A stretch of 63,335 nt of DNA, filler included, from Octopus bimaculoides (lineage: Eukaryota), in NCBI RefSeq assembly GCF_001194135.2. It is 8 parts of 7 records of this genome, joined end to end, with 100 filler letters (N's around TTAATTAATTAA, not from the genome) between each part and the next. Parts side by side here need not be neighbours in the genome. Positions count along the whole stretch, not along the records: positions 1 to 2,633 come from NC_068983.1; positions 2,734 to 10,895 come from NC_068991.1; positions 10,996 to 22,229 come from NC_068982.1; 5 more parts are not named here. One strand, 5' to 3'. Positions 1 through 11,800 of this stretch are shown here, in pieces. Numbering within the stretch: position 1 is the stretch's first letter; each line of letters begins with the position of its first letter. The notes under the pieces were generated by a model that worked only from the letters and a program-made list of their open reading frames with translations, did not search any database and was not told where the DNA came from. Position numbers and translations under genes: made by a program.

Positions 1-262
1 TATATATATATATATATATATGCTTGAAATATACACATATGTTAAGATATGTATATTAAGATAGTTATATATCTATATCTACATATTTATATTTATGCGT
101 GTTTGTGTGTATACATACATATATACATAATGTATAGTGATAGAAAGAGAAAGAGAGAGAGAGAGAGGTAGAAAGATACACACACATACACATATATATG
201 CATACATACATATGCATAAATACACACACACACACACACACACCATACCACACCACACACAT
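1..262. repeat. Compound microsatellite cluster (TA)n/(GA)n/(CA)n
   Basis: Direct reading; the ORFs at 65-337 are low-complexity translations of these repeats. Confidence 0.95.
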
Positions 263-592
263 ATCATCTGCCTACGAATGTGTATAGTCGAGAACATCTT
301 GTATTCGGTGTCTTTGTTCATATCTAGTTTCCAGTAAGTTTATTTGAAATGGCAGCCAGTTTTACACAATCCTTAATAAACATAATAACACTTACTTTTC
401 CAGGGGAATAGAATAGACACATGGAGCAACCCTCATATACTCCAAATATACATTCTATGGTGTTTTTGTTTAGCCGTTGACCAGTTCTGACTGAGCCAAC
501 CTGTGAACAAGACATTTTATCCCTAACAATCACCTACTACTTTCTCTAATGTAACCTTCTTAGTTTAAAGATGTCCAAGTTTGAATTGAGGG

Positions 593-745
593 ACATTTAT
601 TCAAACCCTAATGAAACCCCTCTCAAAATATGGCTATCATGATCCCCAACTACTCCTGCTCATGATCAGTGATGCACATATTGTCAGCTACTAAGGGACA
701 TGCTCAAGTGGTTAAGGTTAAGCAACTGACAAGCTAATTTTTATT
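593..745. repeat. Interspersed repeat, copy 1 (copy 2 at 1777-1935)
   Basis: ATTTATTCAAACC...AACTACTCCTGCTCATGATC...ATATTGTCAGCTACTAAGGGACAT.CTCAAGTGGTTA.GGTTAAGCAACTGACAA is shared by both positions. Confidence 0.8.
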
Positions 746-1261
746 AAGCTGAGTGGCTGCATACAAACTCATTAACTTGAGTATTATTTTTTATTATTTT
801 GATCCAAGTTGGGAGTACATTACTCATACTTTTGCAGATCCTCTCAGACGTGTTAGAGTAGAGTAGTAAATATTTAGCAAAACCTCTGCTTGGAGCCAAG
901 AAACATTATTGGTTGTTCCTAGAGAGCCATAGTTCAGATAATAACTGTTTGAACAAAGTGATGAAAAGTAAGGAGTTTGGTAATGGAGGTGAATGACTTT
1001 CTAGCGATGACGAATGAAGTTAGTGAAGTAAATTTGTTTACAGAAAATAGTACATAATAACTTGTAAATTCATAAGTGCAGTTAATGCTTGCAGTATTAA
1101 TAGAAAAACCAGAGGAGAGGGAGGTTTAGGTTGTCAACTGTTTGCTAATGATTTTATTTTGATACTGAACAGGATGGCATTTTCTTCTCTATGTTATGTA
1201 GAACATTGGTGGGGGATAGCCAAATCAACCATTTTACCCCCAACCACTCCACTTGCTAATA

Positions 1262-1382
1262 GCTATTTGGTTAAGAAATTCACTTCCCAATCATTTCAGG
1301 TTCATGCTCACAGCATGGTACCTTAGGCAAATGTCTTCTACAACTGTTCTGGATTTGGTAGACAGAAACTGGGAGAAGCCTT
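1262..1382 (+). mobile_element. Degenerate tRNA-derived CORE-type SINE, 5' part
   Basis: TGGTTAAGAAATTCACTTCCCAATCA...GGTTCA...TGGTACCTTAGGCAAATGTCTTCTAC matches the better-preserved copy at 28808-29226. Confidence 0.7.
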
Positions 1383-1494
1383 TTGTGTGTGTGTGTGCGT
1401 GTGCTGTCCCTTTGTTTTGACATTGCATGACAGTTGTAGAACGAATGCCATTATCATAAAAATGGTGATCTTTATTTCCAGTTGTCTGTATAAA

Positions 1495-1632
1495 TATGTC
1501 CAGTCATGGGGAAATGTTACCTTACATGGAAACAAGTAAGGTTTGGTGACAGGAAGGGCATCCAGCCATAGAAAATCTGCCTCTACAAATTTCTTCTGAC
1601 TCAAGCGAGCTTAGAAAAGTGGATCATTAAAC
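1495..1632 (+). mobile_element. SINE/RTE-LINE 3' tail fragment
   Basis: GGAAGGGCATCCAGCCATAGAAAATCTGCC...AAGTGGATCATTAAAC resembles the RTE 3' end at 49270-49407. Confidence 0.65.
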
Positions 1633-1776
1633 TCACTGAATGTGGAGGGTTGTTTTCATTGATATGTGTATTAGATAACACTGTAACACGAGTTTTGTCC
1701 TTGGGTAGCAACTGTTATTTCTTGTTTTCTTACCCCTAGAAAATATGAAAAATGGCTAAACTTTGCTTTTGTTATG

Positions 1777-1935
1777 ATATTTATTCAAACCTCAAAGAAT
1801 CCCTCTCAACATATGACTATCTCAACTACTCCTGCTCATGATCGGAGATGTGCATATTGTCAGCTACTAAGGGACATACTCAAGTGGTTATGGTTAAGCA
1901 ACTGACAAACAAATTTGTGTTATTGAGCAGAGTAT
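1777..1935. repeat. Interspersed repeat, copy 2 (see 593-745)
   Basis: Aligns by eye with 593-745 over about 150 bp. Confidence 0.8.
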
Positions 1936-2315
1936 TTACTACAATGATATTTCTGTTTCAGCAACTCAGTACTGAATCTGTCTGAAATGTAATGGAATAT
2001 AGGTCAATTCCAATACCACAAAAGCAAAGTTTGAAGAGAATAGTAGTCATTTCCTATGATTTCTAGATTAAAAGCAAATAAGAAATAACCCTGACTGACC
2101 AAAGACAAACACAGTTTTGTTGCACAGTGCAATTTAATGTTACACAAGTAAACACATAAAACTATATCTTGTATTTGTAATATAAGGTTGAGCTTCCTCT
2201 AATTTGGTATCTTTCATATTTTTAAATATTGCTGAGTCCTGTAGTAAATACCTTGGACAACATCCTCTCAAGTCATCAGTGCAACAGAATGTTAATATGC
2301 AACAGCCACTTCCAA

Positions 2316-2395
2316 GGGCCCGGGAACAGGGGGTGCACCCGCACCCCCTAGAATTTTCAGGGGGGGGGGAGATCAAAATCTGCACCCCCTACATA
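2316..2395. mobile_element. GC-rich palindromic segment, possible terminus of a non-autonomous DNA transposon
   Basis: AGGGGGTGC-ACCC-GCACCCCCT hairpin (2328-2349) plus a second TGCACCCCCT at 2381-2390, in otherwise AT-rich DNA; the partner end is not visible (gap at 2634). Confidence 0.35.
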
Positions 2396-3271
2396 ATCTT
2401 ACCAGTTGCAGAAAAAAAGTGTCTAAAACTATCGGTATAAAATGGTTAAGTTCGATCTCGTTTCAAAACAAAGAAAAAAATAAATATATAAATAAATAAA
2501 AGTGATGAAGCTAGCATAAAATTCCCTAGGGAGTTTAGGACCACTAACTTCTGAAGGCAAGTAGCGTCAAAATACAAAAAAGTGACAATAACAACAGTAG
2601 CAGCAACAATAACAACAACAAAACCAGCATGTANNNNNNNNNNNNNNNNNNNNNNNNNNNNNNNNNNNNNNNNNNNNTTAATTAATTAANNNNNNNNNNN
2701 NNNNNNNNNNNNNNNNNNNNNNNNNNNNNNNNNCAAACACCAGTTGCTGACGTAAATAACTAAAGACCAATCAAAACCGAACTTCAGCGAATACAACGAA
2801 ATGACCCTTTAAGAGAACCAACCAACCGGAACGGCTTAAGACCGTATCTACAAGGAAACCAACCAAGCAGAACGACAAGCTTGACCACGGAAAAAAGACG
2901 TCACCAGAATTTTAACGAATCAAAAATCAGATCCGCTCGCGGAAAAAAATTATAAATTCATCTGATCCCAAAACATACCACTACAAGCGAAAGCGTCTAT
3001 TAGAAGAGGATCAGAAAAACTGTAAACCAAATTCCCTTTTTTTTACTATTTTCATTTCACACTTGTTTTTTTCAGTATAACTTGTTGACCACCGCTAAAA
3101 TTAATGAACTTTGTACATTCAAACAAATTGATATACAGTTTTAATTTTATTGACTGCTATGAACATTCAAACTTACACCTTCTGTTTTGAACATGTTAAT
3201 CAACCATTTACACGAAAACCTGTTAGAAACGACATTCTTATGTCATAATGTTTGTTGTTATGTGTTATATA

Positions 3272-3390
3272 TCGCCTTTCATCCTTTCAGGGTCGATAAA
3301 ATAAAGTACTGGCGAAGTAGTAGGGTCATTCGTATTGACTAAACTTTCTTAAAAAGTTTTTGACCTTGTACCTACATTAGGAACCATTAT
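3272..3390 (+). mobile_element. SINE family A fragment (5'-truncated)
   Basis: GCCTTTCATCCTTTCAGGGTCGATAAAATAAAGTAC core and CCTTGTACCTA tail, as in 6111-6300. Confidence 0.7.
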
Positions 3391-3999
3391 CTGTATCTCT
3401 AATCAAGTACTGACGTCGATTTAATCGATTTCATACTTCTTCACGATTAGTGGTCATCTATCAATGAGAAAAATCAATATATGAATCTCAAAGTATTGTC
3501 AATAATTTTATTTAATGAGATCCATTTTACTTCTTTTGTAGTTAGCATGGGGTTGAATATTGAATATTTATTGAGTATTTATTAAAAATGGATTTGTTAT
3601 ACAAGAGACGTGGTAGCATCTAGGTTAAATGTTGATGAAACACTCTCTCCGAAACGTTGAATACTCTATTCCCATGGCAATATCACTGTACTCTTGTTGC
3701 TTTTTCTAAATGAAACAGTTTTCTATTTTCTTAGATACTGATTTGCAAGCTTTTCTTTCTAAAGACGAAATGCTTGCAAGCACTGTGTAGTCGTTTCTGG
3801 CAAATTAAAACTCTTTATTGCCAGGTTAACCTTTATTCAAGAATCAATCTGAAAATTTAGCTTGTACTGAACTAGGGTCCAACGCAAAGGAGACTTGATT
3901 TTCGTTCGCATATAGCTTCTTTGAAATATGACCCCATCAGCCAAGGTAGCATTGATGTGTTCATATTAATATTCGCTAAATAGCAGTGAGACATTGGGG

Positions 4000-4312
4000 G
4001 ATCCCCGATGTTCGCCGATGAGGATTCAGATTTTCAATTAACTGAACTATCTGTTCTTGAATGAACGCGCAAATGGCTGAGCATTCAACAGACACGTGTA
4101 TCCTTAATGTAATTCTCAAGTGGGGCCTGACAAGGCCGTACCTTTTGAATTACAGGTACAATCCCGTTTACCCAATTTCCCTTACAAATTACTGGTCGAC
4201 TTAAAGCCAAAGAAAATGATATTTTCCCCCAAGATACTACCGAATGGGATCGAACTCGGGACCAGATGGCTCCGGAGAGACATTCTTAACTATTTGACCA
4301 CATTGCACCTAC
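4000..4312 (-). mobile_element. Degenerate tRNA-derived SINE family C
   Basis: TGGCTGAGCATTCAACAGACACGTGTATCCTTAA...GACAAGGCC...TTTGAATTACAGGTAC...GATCGAACTCGGGACC; same layout as 5729-6030. Confidence 0.7.
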
Positions 4313-5142
4313 ACTGGGCATTATGTCATTAACTTAATTTCTTAAATACTTTATAGTCGTTGCATTTACTGATGAACGTTTTTCCAGTAAAAGTGGAGAC
4401 AATCACAATTAAAGCTGATATTTGAAGCATCAAGATTGATACTCACAGTGAAGATTATGTACAAATGATGAAGCTATTTCACTTTAATAATAGTGAAAAC
4501 TTAAAGGGAAGAAGTTTAAAGACTATGCTCTTTCTGAAGTTATTTTGTGGCGTCATTATTAGTGACTCCATTTATTGCGTGTTCAAAATGGATCCGATAT
4601 AATTTCTTGTATTTCAGAATCGTTAAACCTAGAAAATAACACTTAGAGCATTCAACGTCATTTTTAAATACAACAATAACTTCTTTCTGAGAAAATATTG
4701 GGAATTGTAAAGGGCGTGATAATGGTGATGCAAATGATAACGATAATAGTGGAGGTGGTCGGAGCGGTGATATTGTGTAGTTGGTATTAGAAGTTCTACT
4801 AAGTGTTTGTACTCTGGTGACCAGTAATTCATCTAGTGACGGGCGATGTAATCGATATGAATATACAAAAAGGCATGTATGGTGCCTCACGAAAGCTTTT
4901 TGTTCGGAGTAAGATTCCCATTAGAGAGCAAAATCGATCGGGAGTTTAACGGAAAAAATAGGCACATTTTAAAAACATAAAATAAAAATAACAGCTTCTA
5001 AATGAGTTGTGATATTGCTCAAATCCTCCCACCTCCCACTCTTTAATAATTTCTCAATCCTATACTTCCATTAATACTACTTGGTTGCTGTTGGGAAAAA
5101 AACGTATTATTACTTTACTTCGCTCTCACGAAAACTGCTTTC

Positions 5143-5207
<65 letters not shown>

Positions 5208-5728
5208 TAGTACCATAAGAGAGGTTGAATCTATCATAGTGGACGTCTGTCTACGATGTGTTTCAGCGTAAGGTCGTAACACTAATGACTCTGACCGAAA
5301 ATTAGACTAATTTTTAAAATTTCATGTCTACAATTATTAGGATGCATCTAAAATGTTTAAAGTACAAAATAATCTGTTTTTAGAGCACTGAATAACTAAA
5401 TATCTCATTCATTATGTTATATAGTTACAATAAAATAATGCACATAATTGTGCAACAAAGATGGTTTACTGAAGACACACAACGTAGTGTAACTGACCGG
5501 GAAACATAACTTATTGAGTTTTAATTTCGAGAATGTGGTTTTAATAAATCTTAGCAAAGCAGTGTTTTATGATGTTTATGTTGACAATATTAATCACTAG
5601 CAGAACCCGGGAGAACTCCTCAGTTATTTTGAAAACTTTAAGGTGGTTGGAAAATTCATGAAATACATGATCTCATATATATTTCTTTATTCACATGCAT
5701 GCACATATACTGACATACATATAACTAG

Positions 5729-6030
5729 CACTCCGTCGATTACGACGACGAGGGTTCCAGTCGATCCAATCAACGGAACAGCCTGCTCGTGAAATTAACG
5801 TGCAAGTGGCTGAGCACTCCACAGACACGCGTACCCTTAACGTAGTTCTCAGGGAGATTCAGCGTGATACAGAATATGACAAAGCTGGCCCTTCAAAATA
5901 CAAGAACTTCTCATTTTTGCCAGGTGAGTAGAGGCTGGAGCAACATCAAATAGAGTGTCTTGCTCAAGGACACAACGCATCACTGGGAATTGAACTCATG
6001 ACTTTGCGACCGTGAGCCGAATATCCTAAT
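5729..6030 (-). mobile_element. tRNA-derived SINE family C, near full length
   Basis: The minus strand has a B-box-like GAGTTCAATTCCC, then a CORE-like GTGTCCTTGAGCAAGACAC; a second good copy is at 62543-62868. Confidence 0.85.
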
Positions 6031-6110
6031 ATACAGAAAATCGTGTATCGAACATGCAACTAATCATTATACTAAACACTAAAATACACTTCATAAATAT
6101 TTTTATCACA

Positions 6111-6300
6111 AAGGCGGTGAGCTGCCAGAAACGTTAGCATGCCGGGCGAAATGCTTAGTTCTGAGTTCAAATTCCGCCGAGGTCGACTTTGCTTTTCAAC
6201 CTTTCGGGGACGATAAAGTACCAGTTGCGTACTGGGTCGATCTAATCGACTGGCCTCATCCCCCAAAATTTCGGGCCTTGTACCTAGAGTAGAAAAGAAA
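6111..6300 (+). mobile_element. SINE family A, full-length insertion with 12-bp target-site duplication
   Basis: AAGGCGGTGAGCTGCCAGAA head, B-box GAGTTCAAATTCC; ATTTTTATCACA flanks it at 6099-6110 and 6301-6312. Confidence 0.9.
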
Positions 6301-6324
6301 ATTTTTATCACATACACACAGAAG

Positions 6325-6361
<37 letters not shown>

Positions 6362-6634
6362 TGTTTATTTAATCCTTGCTCTTTAGAATTCTCTGTCTTA
6401 AATTCTCTCCTTCTCGCACCTTTTCTATGTCTCGCTTTCTGTTCCTCACCTCCAACCTCATGAGACCGTGCTAGCTTTATTTCTCTTTCTCTTTTGACTC
6501 CTTCTCTCTAATATTTCAGTGTAAACATCATCACCACTGCCACCACCACCGATTACTATTATCATCTCTTACTTTCTTTAGCTTTTAGTCTCTCTCTCCC
6601 CTTTTCTTTCTGTAGTTATATACCACTGGTCACA

Positions 6635-7611
6635 ATGTGCTTCGGTTCTTTCTTGATTGCGCCCTTTTTTTCCATCTTGGTTCAAATTGTTTTACTGAAT
6701 CGTCTTCTCATCGCCGTGGAGGACTTGGGAGTGACATTTTCCGATCTCTTAAATATCCATCAGTCATTGTTCGGGTCTGCCTTGTTATCTGTAAACCTTG
6801 TGACATGTCCGGCTCAGCAGAACTTGGGTTTTCGGTATTATGAAACCACGTCATTCACTCCGTTCCGTTCATGAATAATGCTTTCGCAATGATATTCCTA
6901 GCATGGATATTTCCATGGTCCTTTGCATCATAGCCAGTCGATATTCTTCCCTTTTCATAGCAACCTACATCTCACTTGGGTATAAGAGCGCATGTGGGAC
7001 GATGCCATTGACGAGACTGGTACGTAGGGTCTTGTTCAGCTTCGCTTTGAGCACATCCTTTATTGAGGTAAACGCTTGCCATCCTGCCCTTATTCTCTTC
7101 GAGATTTCAGCGTCCATGTCTCGGCGCATATTTACTGAGTGTCCTAAATAGGCGTACTCCTTTACCTCCTCAATTTCATCGTTTCCCATTTCTATTCGGC
7201 TTCGCGCTACCCTTTCGGACTGCAAAGATTTTCTTTTCATGCGATTCATTTTAAGGCCTATTCAGTACGGTCTGCGGCTGATCTGTGATTTCGACCATAA
7301 GTATGACATCATCTGCGAATCGGAGGTGTGTTACTAGCTCGCTGATGATGTTTACGACATTTTCTTGTTAATGTCTCTGGTGGCCATTTCTAGACATGCA
7401 GTGAAGAGCTTTGGAGAGACGGCAGCACTTTGTTTGCCGCTCTTTTCAGTCGGAAGAGCTATATCGAAAGTGCATCCGGAATTCGCTGTATTCCATCTTG
7501 ATTCTTTGCATTTCCAGAATTCAGCACTGCGTTCATCTCGCTGCAATCGAAAGACTTTCCGTAGTCAGCAAAAACGATCCACAGAGGTAGCTTGTATTCT
7601 TTCTCTTGTTC
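6635..7611 (-). pseudogene. RTE-clade LINE reverse transcriptase fragment (5'-truncated, frameshifted)
   Basis: Minus-strand peptides KLPLWIVFADYGKSFD, SPKLFTACLE, HLRFADD, EYAYLGHSVNMRRDMDAEISKRIRAGWQAF are standard non-LTR RT motifs of RTE type. Confidence 0.85.
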
Positions 7612-8052
7612 TATGTATGTATGTATGTATGTATGTATGTATGTATGTATGTATGTATGTACTTCTGTCCCTTTCTCCTTCTCTCTCAAAAGTCTAGTTC
7701 TATTTATATTTTAATTGACAAAAGGTGACACACCAAAATATGGGTTTTGAATATCACACCTAGGCAACAATTTCTTAATACGAATTGTGACATCAACTGC
7801 AGACATCCACTGTCCTATTTATATTAATACCATAGACACAGCAAAGGCTGTAATGGTTGTCGTGGTGGTAGTTGTAAGACAGAGAAAGCCTATTGCGTCG
7901 TTTCGTTCCGAAGAAGATATATATATATATGTTTATACATACTTACACAGGTATGCGATCCACGACTCTAGCTTACAGCTTTAGCTATTAAAATACCTCG
8001 ATTCTTTAAGATTCTGAAATTAGTTATACATACATATATATATATATATACA

Positions 8053-8450
8053 CTACAGAAAATACAGGAATACTCGAACGCAGGATGGCTGTGAAGACAG
8101 CATAGAAAATCGGGTAAATACCTTTTAGAAGACGGAAAGAAAAGTGGTCAGCAAGCCTCTACCGTGCACCTCTCAAATTCCAACTGAGCGCTCTGTACCA
8201 CTAAGCTAAGAGATCGCTGACAACAAGTACCGCCTTTTATAATGCCAAGTAATAGCTTTTGGAATGTGAGAACATTCTGTAAACAAACTTATAAGCATCG
8301 CATGTGTCGGTATTCTACAGAAATAGAAGAATGCTCAAACGCAGGATGGCTGTGAAGATAGCTTAGAAAATCGGTAAATACCCTTTAAAAGACGGAAAAA
8401 AGCGACCAACAAGCCTCTACAGAGAATCTAACCTTCTACCTCTCAATAAC
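8053..8450 (-). mobile_element. Head-to-tail dimer of a tRNA-derived SINE-like unit (family D)
   Basis: About 110-bp direct repeat at 8053-8162 and 8315-8420; the minus strand at 8165-8212 reads TAGCTTAGTGG (A-box) plus an anticodon-like arm CTCAG-TTGGAAT-TTGAG. Confidence 0.6.
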
Positions 8451-8621
8451 TGAAACAAGGAAAAAAAAAAGCATACATACACACACACACATATATATAT
8501 ATGCATATAAATATATATAGGCAGATGACAAATAAAAACAGGAAAAACAACAGCATTTAGCTCGTACACCGAATGCATTACATTGACACTCAGAGAAAGT
8601 TTAAGATGGAAAAAAAGCGAA

Positions 8622-8657
8622 GGTATGACGTTTCGACCATGACTCTTCGTCAGAAAG
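8622..8657 (-). ncRNA. Minimal hammerhead-ribozyme-like motif (Penelope-type), degenerate stem II
   Basis: The minus strand reads CTGACGA-AGAGTCATGGTC-GAAA-CGTCA: conserved CUGANGA/GAAA core and a palindromic ACGU stem III. Confidence 0.5.
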
Positions 8658-8834
8658 AGGAAATAGGAAAAGGTCCAGAGAAAAGGAAAACAATAGTCCG
8701 AGAAAAGCATGTGTCGTCCTTCCGACGATGATTTGAAATGCTTAATTGTTAGATTACCTTACACTGGATTACCTTACACTTGGATTACGTTATACCTTTG
8801 AATTCCCTCGGAGTATATCGATTTTGTACCTTTG

Positions 8835-8882
<48 letters not shown>

Positions 8883-11800
8883 NNNNNNNNNNNNNNNNNN
8901 NNNNNNNNNNNNNNNNNNNNNNNNNNNNNNNNNNNNNNNNNNNNNNNNNNNNNNNNNNNNNNNNNNNNNNNNNNNNNNNNNNNNNNNNNNNNNNNNNNNN
9001 NNNNNNNNNNNNNNNNNNNNNNNNNNNNNNNNNNNNNNNNNNNNNNNNNNNNNNNNNNNNNNNNNNNNNNNNNNNNNNNNNNNNNNNNNNNNNNNNNNNN
9101 NNNNNNNNNNNNNNNNNNNNNNNNNNNNNNNNNNNNNNNNNNNNNNNNNNNNNNNNNNNNNNNNNNNNNNNNNNNNNNNNNNNNNNNNNNNNNNNNNNNN
9201 NNNNNNNNNNNNNNNNNNNNNNNNNNNNNNNNNNNNNNNNNNNNNNNNNNNNNNNNNNNNNNNNNNNNNNNNNNNNNNNNNNNNNNNNNNNNNNNNNNNN
9301 NNNNNNNNNNNNNNNNNNNNNNNNNNNNNNNNNNNNNNNNNNNNNNNNNNNNNNNNNNNNNNNNNNNNNNNNNNNNNNNNNNNNNNNNNNNNNNNNNNNN
9401 NNNNNNNNNNNNNNNNNNNNNNNNNNNNNNNNNNNNNNNNNNNNNNNNNNNNNNNNNNNNNNNNNNNNNNNNNNNNNNNNNNNNNNNNNNNNNNNNNNNN
9501 NNNNNNNNNNNNNNNNNNNNNNNNNNNNNNNNNNNNNNNNNNNNNNNNNNNNNNNNNNNNNNNNNNNNNNNNNNNNNNNNNNNNNNNNNNNNNNGAGAGA
9601 GAGAGAGAGAGAGAGAGTAGCCAATGGTAATTCAATTGCTGATTCAGATTGAATTAAAATGCCTACTGGTGACCTCGTTAATGTGGTTATATTTGTTGTA
9701 GACGTTTTCAGAAAGAGTAGAAGAAAATGTTAAAGCAATATCAATTAGATATATAATTAATACAATGCTAGGTTTGGGAGAAAACAAATATACTCGTGAC
9801 GATATCTGAGGTTGGTAATGTTGTTAATTACGTTCATATAATCTTCAACGCAAGACAGACGGTTACAGACAAATCAATTTGACTTCAACATGCTTTATCA
9901 ATTACTTGTGACCTTCATTTAGTGTAATATATGGAGTGTTGAATTCGCAGAAATAATGGGAGAGCGGATTTGAACTATCCGATTTTGGCCCTCAAAGTCG
10001 TAAGTTCTAATCCTTTAGAGGTACATGTTGCATTTAATTTATTCGGGATCAATAAAATAGATACCAATCAAGTCATCAAGTTATGGGATCAATGCACGTG
10101 GCTTTGAACCAATGCATTAAGACTGATAACCAAATTCATAGTTTACAGTCAGATCCTTCTTTTAAAATTCAAATTTCAGAAAATGCTTGAGTCAGGTGAA
10201 TATTTGGAAGATCGAATTTTGACAAGATACGTGGATGATGCTGTTGCGGCCCAGATCAGCTTTAATCTTTTAGGTCGTCAATTAAGAACGTTCGAAATGT
10301 ATTAACGCCGTTTGTTTTTTCGTTTTTTTTTTTAACCAATATATTCTTTAAATTTGTCCTTCCTTTTTTAAGACGGTAAGGTAACGTTTGAGGGAGATTT
10401 TGTTAATATTTCTAGAGTGAAATGGTTACGTAGAAGATATATAGTTTGCTGCGTGGAGTATATGGATGTTTCACAATCACTAAGTGGATAAAGTGTCACT
10501 TAGGGCTCTACCTTCATGTAATAATTATGGGAGGTCTGTTTGAGAGATTCCTTTTCATTGACATCAATTGAACATTGCAAACTAATGAAACACGCGTCAG
10601 TTATACAATGCTTTCAATGTTTGAGCCTTTTGATCTTACCTTTTACAACTGATTAGAGGTAGGCAGCTAGATACAAAGAGGCACCTTAAGGAGAAAAACT
10701 TCGCTAAAGATAACATTGTTTTTATAATAATTTTAAGCAGTTTGTCTATTTTTGCATCCTCTTCCATCTTTGACCATTTCCATGAATATTTCTTCCTCCT
10801 CTACCACTTCTTATTTTTGGTTTATATTTTATGTCGGTCGTTTCCTGCTCTACCTCCACCCTACGTTCCTCCTCCTCCTCCTCCTCCTCCTCTTCNNNNN
10901 NNNNNNNNNNNNNNNNNNNNNNNNNNNNNNNNNNNNNNNTTAATTAATTAANNNNNNNNNNNNNNNNNNNNNNNNNNNNNNNNNNNNNNNNNNNNATATA
11001 TATATATATATATATATACGTTCACAAAGCATTCATCACATTTATACTAACACATTTCCGAATACCTTTATGCATGCTCACACACTCTGTTGGCATATGT
11101 GTGTACGCTTGTACAATACATATCAAAGCCGTTATGGATAACATATATGCTATATATTTAATTCTTATCCCGTACTTATACACATACGTACAGGCGAATA
11201 AAGCTCACAAGAAACAGAAAATATTAGGCGGGTAGATATACAGAAATAATCACCTGGCGTTGTTCAATAGGGCATTGTTCAATAGGTAGAACAAGTGGTG
11301 AAGAAAAATACCATGCAAATGCAAATAGAAAATACGTATAGAAATATGCACGAGTAATGTTCAATGTAGTTAGAAGGATTCAACATTTAGTTGTCTCTTT
11401 AGCGTTCTGTGTTGGCCTACACAGATTATTTTTGTCTCCTGACTACTGGAGATTGTGATTCCATGTATTGTAGTAAATGTTTATTGAATGTCTTGCAACT
11501 CCTAAAACCCTGTAATCTTGGGTCGGAGAGCAAGTTCGAAGTTCACGTATTTCGGATAAACAAGATTTGACTGCGGGGAAGATATAAAGTATGGTTTCGT
11601 TTTTGTATTGCTCCCTATACCTTATCTAGAATGGCTTATGTCCTTGTAATGCATCTGATGATGTAAATGACCTCATGTATAACGAAATGCACATGCATAT
11701 TTGCCCGGTGTACGTTTGACAGTATATTGTATTATATATTGACGCATTGAAAGGAAGAGGGGTGTGTATAAATTCCTCTTTTCTGAGAGATCAATCATTT

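Noticed and set aside
2678-2689. TTAATTAATTAA between N runs (also near 10940, 22274, 32140, 47727, 58246 and 61677)
   Set aside because: An identical 12-mer always flanked by Ns, with stops in all six frames; this is a scaffolding linker, not biology.
3630-3665. Hammerhead-like TTGATGA...CCGAAACGTT
   Set aside because: The core C is mutated, stem II does not pair and stem I is not evident.
5729-6030. tRNA genes at SINE heads (also 8165-8212, about 29170-29226, about 62790-62868)
   Set aside because: A/B boxes are present but there is no complete cloverleaf or acceptor stem; each continues into a SINE body.
7612-7660. RTE 5' truncation points abutting (TATG)n here and at 33897-33921
   Set aside because: The repeat orientation relative to the element differs between the two, and microsatellite density makes coincidence likely.
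8780-9652. Long ORFs of 240-360 aa in the ORF track (here and at about 20750-21770, 29800-30970, 35350-36310, 51000-51690)
   Set aside because: They run through N gaps (X residues) and microsatellites.
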